From: Thermoanaerobaculia bacterium | Lineage (GTDB): Bacteria > Acidobacteriota > Thermoanaerobaculia > Gp7-AA8 | Length of the DNA stretch: 64,000 nucleotides | Direction: 5' to 3' | Assembly (NCBI GenBank): GCA_035468985.1 | Contig: DATISF010000038.1 | Span: 31,652 to 95,651, forward strand | Part shown: positions 9,193-16,456 of the stretch, piece after piece | Position numbering within the stretch: position 1 is the first letter of the stretch | Layout of the letters: each line of letters opens with the position of its first letter | Translations under genes and position numbers: made by a program | The notes under the pieces: generated by a model | What the model was told of the DNA's origin: nothing | The model's database searches: none | The model's input: the letters and a program-made list of their open reading frames with translations, nothing else

Positions 9193-9441
9193 ATGTCTAG
9201 AATGCTTCGCGTCACAATCCTTGCGGTGATGTTCTTCGCACTCTCGATTTCGAGCGATGCTGCGTGAGGCCCAGACAGTCACGATATCCAATGCGGTATG
9301 GATTGCACTTTTGACGGCTACTGCGCGATCGTTGTCACCCCAGAAGGGTCGACTCCGGCAACAACAGCATGCATCGAGTTGGCCGGCGGCTGCGCCAGCC
9401 ACCAGAATGATTGTCATTGCGATGGCGATGGCGGTTTCTGA
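9193..9441 (+). other. SD-preceded signal-peptide ORF interrupted by an in-frame TGA (9265-9267), followed by a Cys-rich open frame
   Basis: aggaggaaatATG, then MSRMLRVTILAVMFFALSISSDAA, TGA, then GPDSHDIQCGMDCTFDGYCAIVVTPEGSTPATTACIELAGGCASHQNDCHCDGDGGF and a stop at 9439-9441. That stop is 1 nt before ATG 9443. Confidence 0.35.
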
Positions 9442-9442
9442 A

Positions 9443-11671
9443 ATGCGCGGTTGGCGTCGGGCGCTGAGTCTCTCCTTCGCGATCCAAGTTCTTTTCCCTC
9501 TCCTTGCGGCGGCTGCCATCACAATGCCACCCGCGAGCTCCGGTGTGATCAACGGCAAGACCGCCTTGCTGCTCTGGCCAGTCAACGCGAGCAACGAGCT
9601 CCTGGAACCATCTCACTGCGCGGCTCACATGATTCCGTATGATCACCCGGACGACGAGTTGACCTTCGACTGCGGCGTCTGGTTTCAACCTCCCGTCGGC
9701 AAATACCGATACTGGCTCGAGAAGGATGAACGGCTCATCAGCCGCTATCCGACCATCGTCTATTACGCGGGCGCCCCGTTCGAGGGAAGCAGTCTGCGGG
9801 TCCTACTTCCCCTCGGCGCGGCCGGGCAGGTTGCCCTTCGAACTCCGCGGCCGAGTGATCAGTCACTTCGGTTTCTGCACATTCCGGCGTCGAGCGATCG
9901 TCCCGCGGCGCATCGATCGATGGATCGACGAGTTCGCGCTGACGCCGTGATCCCGGTGCTCATGCCTGAGGGTGAGGTCATCGGCGGAACATTCGACCGG
10001 CACAGCGGAGACGCAATCGCGATCACCAGGCCGGTTCATGTCACCGCCGGTCACCTGACCTATTTCGATCCCAAGCCACCGGCTGCGGGATCCGACATTC
10101 TCGCGATCCTCGAGCGGCCGGCAATTCGAAGTCCGGATCCGGCAGCGAATGCCCGTGTGGTGATGCGCGTCGACGACGTCGAGCGTTCGCCGGACGTCTT
10201 ATCGGACACGGCGAACCGCGTCGTCGCCGTGTGGTACGGCGTTACGGGCAGAAACGCTGAAGTCGTGGCTCAGACCAACAAGGAGTTCCTGTCACCGGAG
10301 TCTTTTCGTCTGGTGCCGGGGCGCGTGACGACGATCCGCCACAAGCTGTCGCCGCTTCCTTCGGCGGATATTCAGATTCATGCACCGCGCGACCTCTCAC
10401 GATTGACGCTCGAAATCACAAGTGAGTCCAGACGAACTGCTCCAATGGTTCGCGAGGTCGAGGCCGTCGCCGGCATGAATCACGTAGCGAACCTGCCCGC
10501 GGAACAATTGGCCATCACCTTGACAGCTGACAACTGGAAATTCGTGCGAAAGGTCGACTTGCGTTCCGGCATTGACGCCCACATCGACTTCGACATTGAG
10601 CCTTTCATCGTCGAGGGGAATGTCTTTGGGGGCGATCGAGGAACGCCGGCATCGTTGACGTTCGGCTTCGGAAAGCACGACCTCACAACGGTCACCGCCG
10701 CCAGCGACGGCCATTATCGAGTCATCCTCTGGAGCACAGGAAGCTACGTCGTGAGCGTCGCCACAGCCGGTGCCGAGCCGTATGTCGAGCCGTTTGTGGA
10801 AGTGGAGAGCGACGTTCACGACCTCGATTTTCACATTCCGTCAAATCAGATAGTCGTTCGCGTGGCCGACACCACGACCGGCGCGCCGATCAAAGACGCC
10901 CTCGTCATGGTCAAAAATGTCTCGGGGACTGAGGGAGAGAACAGTCAGGTCGAGTCGCGCCATACGGGTGACGATGGAAGCGCCACGTTGCCCCCTCTGA
11001 AACCAGGGCATGCCTCCATTCGGGCGAGCGCCGAGAAGTATCGAACCTCGGCCCCGATTGAGCTCGATGTCGACAACACGCTGCGCAATGAGAATCTCGA
11101 TATCGCGTTGAGCCGATTCGATCGCGTCCGTCGACTGCAAATCGTCGATGCGGCCGGCGCGCCTGCCATCGATGCAGAGTTGCTGCTCATTGCGAGCGAA
11201 ACGGACGAACGACCGCTGTGGCAGGGAGTCTATGGAGACCCGGCCGGCATCGACGTACCGGCGCTCGCGAGCCGCGGGCTCCTCCTGGTCCGGCATCGAG
11301 GGTCCGCCAGTGCTGTCGTGACTCTGACTCCAGACCTCGATCTGCCAGCCCTGCACCTCGAGAATGAAGCGCCTCCGTTGGTCGTTCGCGCGCGTACGAA
11401 CAGCGGAGACACCGCACCGTCTGCCCGGCTGGGCGTATGGTTCGGGTCGCACCGGATGACCACACTGGCGCTGGGATTCCTGACATGGTCACAACCGGCG
11501 ATCGCATCAAAGGAGGGAATCTGGATCGGACGAGGATTGCCGCCCGCGCAGACTCGAGTTGTGGCCTGGAGGCGAGCACTCATGGCCGCGATCTCCGGCG
11601 CCTTCGACGGAATGGCAACCGACGTGCGATATCCATGGCCGGCTGTTGTCGACGTCATTTCGGCTGACTGA
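9443..11671 (+). CDS. secreted multi-beta-sandwich protein (CarboxypepD_reg-like domain), function unknown
   Basis: Start moved to ATG 9443, giving the signal-like MRGWRRALSLSFAIQVLFPLLAAAA. It contains VRVADTTTGAPIKDALVMVKN...GDDGSATLPPLKPG. The track start at 9257 is also possible. Confidence 0.65.
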   Translation: MRGWRRALSLSFAIQVLFPLLAAAAITMPPASSGVINGKTALLLWPVNASNELLEPSHCAAHMIPYDHPDDELTFDCGVWFQPPVGKYRYWLEKDERLISRYPTIVYYAGAPFEGSSLRVLLPLGAAGQVALRTPRPSDQSLRFLHIPASSDRPAAHRSMDRRVRADAVIPVLMPEGEVIGGTFDRHSGDAIAITRPVHVTAGHLTYFDPKPPAAGSDILAILERPAIRSPDPAANARVVMRVDDVERSPDVLSDTANRVVAVWYGVTGRNAEVVAQTNKEFLSPESFRLVPGRVTTIRHKLSPLPSADIQIHAPRDLSRLTLEITSESRRTAPMVREVEAVAGMNHVANLPAEQLAITLTADNWKFVRKVDLRSGIDAHIDFDIEPFIVEGNVFGGDRGTPASLTFGFGKHDLTTVTAASDGHYRVILWSTGSYVVSVATAGAEPYVEPFVEVESDVHDLDFHIPSNQIVVRVADTTTGAPIKDALVMVKNVSGTEGENSQVESRHTGDDGSATLPPLKPGHASIRASAEKYRTSAPIELDVDNTLRNENLDIALSRFDRVRRLQIVDAAGAPAIDAELLLIASETDERPLWQGVYGDPAGIDVPALASRGLLLVRHRGSASAVVTLTPDLDLPALHLENEAPPLVVRARTNSGDTAPSARLGVWFGSHRMTTLALGFLTWSQPAIASKEGIWIGRGLPPAQTRVVAWRRALMAAISGAFDGMATDVRYPWPAVVDVISAD

Positions 11672-12554
11672 GATCGGTCACCGACGGAAGCCAGAGCATC
11701 GGTAGGAATGTCCCCAGCCCGTGCAACTGGTCGATGTGATCGGGCGCGCTGTTTCCGGCGAAGCCCATCACGATCAATCCGCCCTGGCTCGCCTGGCTGA
11801 GCTGCTGCATCCCGCGCGGGCCCCACTTCACGACGGGCGTTCGTTTGATTCCGAGTTGCGTCAGCAACCAGTCGCTCGTCTCGGTCGTGCTGGCGAACGT
11901 CCCGGGAAAAATCTCGGAGTGCGTGATCACGAAACGTTTCTCGCCGCGGACGGCGCGCTCGGCGTATCGCAGGAACGCCGTGAGGTTCGCCTCATCGAGA
12001 CGGCCGCCCTCGGAGATCACTTTCCGCTCCGGCACGTAGCTCGTGTGCATCCCGTCGATGAGGAGCACGCCGTCGATGGCGTCCGGCTGCTGCGTCAGGA
12101 TCGCGCGGACCGCGCCGTAACCCGCGCTGAAGCCCGACAGGTACATCGCACGGATCGGCGGCGACTGCGCTTTGATGCGCTCGACGAGGCGCGGGAACAC
12201 GGCCGGATCCTGAAACGGGATCGCGTATCGCGCGCTGCCGGCGCCGAGGTTCACGGCGGCGATGACGATGGGACGTCCGGTGTCTTCGGCCGCCTCCATC
12301 GGCAGCCACGATGCGCCGAGAAAATGGATCACCAGATCGGCCTGATTTGCGCTCTCCGCCGCGGGCGTGATCTCCACTTCCACCGGTTTCGGCAGAACGC
12401 CCTCGATCGTGAACCGTTTGCCGGCGAGCGGCCGCTGCAGCACGCGCTCGTGGACGCGCGTGTTCTCGACCATCGGCGACGGGTTCTGTGCCGCCGGTTT
12501 CGGCGCGCGTGTCGCACACGACGTCAGCAAAAGAACCGCGAGCAGCCGTCTCAT
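11655..12554 (-). CDS. lipoprotein, alpha/beta-hydrolase-like
   Basis: ATG 12552-12554 gives the lipobox MRRLLAVLLLTSC and overlaps the upstream GNAT stop (ATGA). It has a GFSAG nucleophile-elbow-like motif. Confidence 0.7.
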   Translation of the reverse strand: MRRLLAVLLLTSCATRAPKPAAQNPSPMVENTRVHERVLQRPLAGKRFTIEGVLPKPVEVEITPAAESANQADLVIHFLGASWLPMEAAEDTGRPIVIAAVNLGAGSARYAIPFQDPAVFPRLVERIKAQSPPIRAMYLSGFSAGYGAVRAILTQQPDAIDGVLLIDGMHTSYVPERKVISEGGRLDEANLTAFLRYAERAVRGEKRFVITHSEIFPGTFASTTETSDWLLTQLGIKRTPVVKWGPRGMQQLSQASQGGLIVMGFAGNSAPDHIDQLHGLGTFLPMLWLPSVTDLSQPK

Positions 12555-13090
12555 TCGACGATCTTCTCCATCCGCGTCAGCGGAAACGGCGTCCCGTCCT
12601 CCAGCTTCGCGGGAACGTTCTCGACCGGCCGGTAGCCGCACGCCAGGTACATCTTCTCGCCGCTGAGCATGGCCATCAGCTCGATGCGGCGAAAGCCGGC
12701 CGCATGCGCGTCGCGCTCGCAGCGTTCGAGGATCATGCGGCCGAGGCCGCGCCGCTCGAATCCGGTCACGACGAACATGGCCCGGATGCGCGCGGCCTCG
12801 GTCGCCGGATCGAGCATCCGCGCATCGTTCGCGGCCGATCCGCTGCCCGCGTAGAGGCGCGCCCGCCGGCTCCATCCGCCGCACGCCACGATCTTCCCGT
12901 CGCTTTCCACGACAAAGTACGTGCCGTCATCGACGAGCTCGCGATCGAGATGGGCGACGAAGTCGAGCGCGCTCGCCACCTGGCGCGGGTCGTACGACCG
13001 GCTGCTGATGCCGGAGATCGAGTCGCGCATCACGCCCTCGATCGTTTCGATGTCGTCTGCCGTGGCGGGGCGCAGCTCGAGATCTGTCAC
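12551..13090 (-). CDS. GNAT family N-acetyltransferase
   Basis: 179 aa with motif A: ERRGLGRMILERCERDAHAAG. Confidence 0.85.
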   Translation of the reverse strand: MTDLELRPATADDIETIEGVMRDSISGISSRSYDPRQVASALDFVAHLDRELVDDGTYFVVESDGKIVACGGWSRRARLYAGSGSAANDARMLDPATEAARIRAMFVVTGFERRGLGRMILERCERDAHAAGFRRIELMAMLSGEKMYLACGYRPVENVPAKLEDGTPFPLTRMEKIVE

Positions 13091-13135
13091 ACGTCCCTTC
13101 TCCGGCGAGTCTCAACGGGAGAAAGGAGCATCCGC

Positions 13136-13546
13136 ATGAAACTGCACGAGGTACGATCAATCGAGATCACCGCACCGTTATCGCACGTGTTCGACTTCAT
13201 CGCCGATCCCATGAATCTGCCGCGCTGGGCGGCCGCGTTCGAGCAAGTATCGCCCGATCGAGCGCGCCTCCGCACGCCGGACGGCGCAATCGACATCCGC
13301 CTTCGTGTCGACGCCTCGCGGAGTCAGGGTACCGTCGACTGGACGATGACGTTCGCCGACGGCTCGGTGGCCAGGGCGATGTCGCGCGTCACGCCGCTCG
13401 ATGCAAGCCGAGTCGTCTACAGCTTCATCCTCAACGCGCCGCCGGTGCCGCTCGAACAGCTCGAAGGGACGCTCGCACGGCAGGTGCGCACGCTGGAAGG
13501 AGAACTTCGCGAGCTCAAGCGCGTCGTCGAGGCCGAACATGGATGA
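13136..13546 (+). CDS. SRPBCC/START-like small protein
   Basis: An SD (gaaaggag) lies 8 nt upstream of ATG 13136. Only the last 136 aa of track ORF 12488..13546 look real. The fold assignment is tentative. Confidence 0.65.
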   Translation: MKLHEVRSIEITAPLSHVFDFIADPMNLPRWAAAFEQVSPDRARLRTPDGAIDIRLRVDASRSQGTVDWTMTFADGSVARAMSRVTPLDASRVVYSFILNAPPVPLEQLEGTLARQVRTLEGELRELKRVVEAEHG

Positions 13547-14354
13547 CCTTGCGCCGCTGGTCGAGCGCGCCCGCGCCGGCGATGCCGCCGCGCTCGAACA
13601 GCTCGTCACCGCGATTCAAGACGACGTCTACGGACTGGCCCTCCGGATGCTGTGGCACCCCGACGATGCCGCCGATGCCGCGCAGGAGATCCTGATCCGC
13701 ATCGTCACGCACCTCTCCGATTTTCGCGGCGAGAGCCGCTTTCGCTCGTGGTGCTACGCGATCGCGGCGAACCACCTCCGAACCGTCCGCCGCGGCCGGA
13801 TGGAATCGGCTGATCTCACGTTCGAGACCTTCGAACGCGAGCTGCACGAGACCGCGTCCGCCGCCGAGGATCTCGAATCCAATCCCGAATACGCCGTCGC
13901 CGTCGAGGAAGTCCGCGTCGGATGCACCCTCGGCATGCTGCTCTGCCTGGACCGCGAGCAGCGGCTGGCCTACATCGCCGGCGAGATCCTCGAGCTCGAT
14001 CACCACGAGGCCGCCGAAATCCTCGGCATCTCCCCGGCGGCGTTCCGGCAGCGGCTCGCACGCGCGCGGAAGGCGATCGTCGGATTCACATCGCGCGTCT
14101 GCGGAATTGTCGACCCGGCGAACGGCTGTCATTGCACGAAGCGCGTCGCCTACGCCATCGAGCGGGGCCGCGTGCACCTCGGCAAGCCGGTGTTCGGCGA
14201 TTGCCTGCGCACGACCGCGCCGAAATTCGCCCAAGTGCAGAACGCGGTGCGAAGACTGGAGGAACTGCGGCGCGCCGCCGCGCTCTATCGTTCACACCCG
14301 CGGTTCACCCCGCGAACCGATCTCGCTCCTGCAGCAATTGCGCGGCGACGCTGA
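13539..14354 (+). CDS. ECF-type RNA polymerase sigma-70 factor with a Cys-containing C-terminal extension
   Basis: Sigma-2 region (DAAQEILIRIV..FRGESRFRSWCYAIA) and sigma-4 region (LDHHEAAEILGISPAAFRQRLARARK). The ATG at 13539 overlaps the upstream gene by 8 nt. Confidence 0.85.
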   Translation: MDDLAPLVERARAGDAAALEQLVTAIQDDVYGLALRMLWHPDDAADAAQEILIRIVTHLSDFRGESRFRSWCYAIAANHLRTVRRGRMESADLTFETFERELHETASAAEDLESNPEYAVAVEEVRVGCTLGMLLCLDREQRLAYIAGEILELDHHEAAEILGISPAAFRQRLARARKAIVGFTSRVCGIVDPANGCHCTKRVAYAIERGRVHLGKPVFGDCLRTTAPKFAQVQNAVRRLEELRRAAALYRSHPRFTPRTDLAPAAIARRR

Positions 14355-15084
14355 TGGCGATCTCCTGCGGCGCGTCCGATCCGATCGAGAGCCCGATCGG
14401 ACAATGGAACGCGCTCTGCGCCGCTTCGGGTAATCCGGCGTTGGCGATGTCCTGCCGCAGCCGCTTCGCTTTCGAGTTGCTGCCGATGACGCCCAGGTAC
14501 GGGAATTGGCGCGTGCGAAGGATCTCCACGAGGATCGGGCTGTCGCTCGAATGTCCCATCGTCATCAGCACCACGAACGCGTTGTCGGGCGCCTTCGCGA
14601 CCTCCGCCGCCATGTTGCTCGTCTGCACTTTCCTCAGCTTCGGCGATTCGGGAAGCCGCGCCAGCCATTCCTCGCGCGGATCGATGCAGGTGATCCGGCA
14701 ATCGAGCCTGAGCAGCAGATCGACGAGCGATTGCGCCACGTGACCGGCGCCGAACACGACGATGTTCCATCGCGTCACGTTGAAGGCCTCGAAGTAGACG
14801 CGCACGATGCCGCCGCAGGTCATGCCGATATCTTTCTCCAGGCTCCACTGGAAGTACCGCGTCTTCGGCGCGGACGGGTCGGCGAGCAGCTTCTTCGCCT
14901 CCTCGAGGCAGCGAACCTCGATGCGTCCGCCGCCGGTCGTGCCGAAATACCGTCCCTCGGACGTCACGAGCATCTTCGAGCCGCGATCCTGCGGCGTCGA
15001 GCCGAGCGTGTCCACGACGGTGACCGAGACGAACGGCACCTTCGACGCCGCGAGCTCGTTGAGCGCCTCGAAGTACGTGGGCAT
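14305..15084 (-). CDS. xdhC: XdhC/CoxI-family molybdenum-cofactor insertion chaperone
   Basis: FVSVTVVDTLGSTPQDRGSKMLV in the N-domain and IVVFGAGHVAQSL in the Rossmann-like C-domain. Confidence 0.85.
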   Translation of the reverse strand: MPTYFEALNELAASKVPFVSVTVVDTLGSTPQDRGSKMLVTSEGRYFGTTGGGRIEVRCLEEAKKLLADPSAPKTRYFQWSLEKDIGMTCGGIVRVYFEAFNVTRWNIVVFGAGHVAQSLVDLLLRLDCRITCIDPREEWLARLPESPKLRKVQTSNMAAEVAKAPDNAFVVLMTMGHSSDSPILVEILRTRQFPYLGVIGSNSKAKRLRQDIANAGLPEAAQSAFHCPIGLSIGSDAPQEIAISVAAQLLQERDRFAG

Positions 15085-15090
15085 CGCGAT

Positions 15091-15096
15091 TAGTAT
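15091..15096 (+). promoter_or_regulatory. -10-like TAGTAT 6 nt upstream of the allB ATG, inside the 18-nt xdhC/allB divergent gap (possible leaderless start)
   Basis: cgcgatTAGTATcctcgcATG, with no SD. Confidence 0.35.
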
Positions 15097-15102
15097 CCTC
15101 GC

Positions 15103-16449
15103 ATGACCGTCCTCCGCTCAAAACGAGTGGCCACCAACGGGACCGTGGGCCCCGCGGACATCCACGTCGAAGACGGCCGAATCACGGGCGTGCAACCGAG
15201 AACTGAGAACCGAGAACCGAGGACTCTCGACTTCGGCGATCTCGTGATCATGCCCGGCGTCGTCGACTCGCACGTTCACGTCAACGAGCCGGGGCGTACG
15301 GAATGGGAAGGCTTCGAGACCGCAACCCGCGCCGCGGCGGCCGGCGGGATCACCACGATCGTCGACATGCCGCTCAACTCCATACCGCCGACGACGACGG
15401 TCGACGCGCTCTATGAGAAAGCGCACGCGATGGCGGGCAAGCTGCGCGTCGATGTCGGCTTGTGGGGCGGCGTGATCCCCGGCAACCTCCACGAGCTTCG
15501 GGTCATGCTCGAGCAGGGCGCCCTCGGCTTCAAGTGCTTCCTCGTGCATTCGGGCGTCGACGAGTTCCCGAATGTGAATGAACGCGAGCTGCGCGATGCC
15601 GCACGCGAGCTCGCCAGTACCGGCGCGCCGCTGCTGGTGCACGCAGAATTGCCCGAGCACGTAGGTCCGACTCTCCAGTCGGACCGGGCCGGCTCGAGAG
15701 CCGGCCCTACCTCGGAGTACGCGACCTACCTCGCCTCCCGCCCGCCAGCCGCCGAGGACGAAGCCATCAAACTCCTTCTGCGCGTCTGCGAAGAAACGGG
15801 TGCGCGCATTCACATCGTCCATCTCTCGTCGGCAAACGCACTCGACACGCTGCGCCTCGCACGTGGCCGCAAGTTGCCGCTGAGCGCGGAAACGACGCCC
15901 CACTACCTTCATTTCGAGGCGGAACAGATACCGCCCGGCCGCTGCGAGTTCAAATGCGCGCCGCCGATCCGCGAGCACGAGAATCGCGAGCGCCTGTGGC
16001 GCGGACTCGAGGAAGGCCTCATCGAGCTCGTCGTCAGCGACCACTCACCCTGCACACCGCATCTGAAAGGCAACGACTTCATGAAGGCCTGGGGCGGTAT
16101 CTCGTCGGTTCAATTCGTGCTGCCGATCGTTTGGACGGAAGCGGAGCGGCGCGGACACACGATCGGCGACGTCGCACGGTGGATCTGCGAAGGTCCGGCT
16201 CGCCTCGCGGGATTGCCCGGCAAAGGTGCGATCGCCGAAGGCAACGACGCCGATTTCGTCATCTGGTCGCCGGAGGAGTCGTTCGTCGTCGAGGCGTCGA
16301 TCATCGAGCACCGGCACAAGGTCACGCCGTACGCCGGCGAGACGCTGCGCGGGGTCGTGAAGGAGACCTGGCTTCGCGGGGAGCGCATTTTCGCCGGCGG
16401 CAGGCAAGTGGGCGACGGGCGCGGCGAATGGCTGCGTCGGCTACCATAA
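15103..16449 (+). CDS. allB: allantoinase
   Basis: Cyclic amidohydrolase HxH (VDSHVHVNEPGRTEWEGF), GFKCFL, and allantoinase-type length and context. Confidence 0.92.
   Translation: MTVLRSKRVATNGTVGPADIHVEDGRITGVQPRTENREPRTLDFGDLVIMPGVVDSHVHVNEPGRTEWEGFETATRAAAAGGITTIVDMPLNSIPPTTTVDALYEKAHAMAGKLRVDVGLWGGVIPGNLHELRVMLEQGALGFKCFLVHSGVDEFPNVNERELRDAARELASTGAPLLVHAELPEHVGPTLQSDRAGSRAGPTSEYATYLASRPPAAEDEAIKLLLRVCEETGARIHIVHLSSANALDTLRLARGRKLPLSAETTPHYLHFEAEQIPPGRCEFKCAPPIREHENRERLWRGLEEGLIELVVSDHSPCTPHLKGNDFMKAWGGISSVQFVLPIVWTEAERRGHTIGDVARWICEGPARLAGLPGKGAIAEGNDADFVIWSPEESFVVEASIIEHRHKVTPYAGETLRGVVKETWLRGERIFAGGRQVGDGRGEWLRRLP
15661..15712. repeat. GC-rich double-hairpin repeat unit lying in frame inside allB
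   Basis: gtaggTCCGACTctccAGTCGGAccgGGCCGGCTcgagAGCCGGCCctac. It has the same architecture as the intergenic copy at 27088-27150. Confidence 0.8.
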
Positions 16450-16456
16450 CCTCGCC

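Noticed and set aside
9265-9330. SECIS-like hairpin downstream of the in-frame TGA.
   Set aside because: Only a 5-bp stem (ATCCA/TGGAT) with an 8-nt loop was found by eye, which is not convincing. The TGA observation is kept as a finding, but no selenocysteine call is made.
12488-13135. The upstream two-thirds of track ORF 12488..13546, and similar N-terminal extensions of 21353..22552, 22420..23613, 25785..27086, 26986..29928, 40735..42510 and 53160..55679.
   Set aside because: The extensions overlap neighbouring genes or repeats and are low complexity. Internal ATG/GTG codons with an SD, signal peptides or 4-nt stop/start overlaps give better starts.
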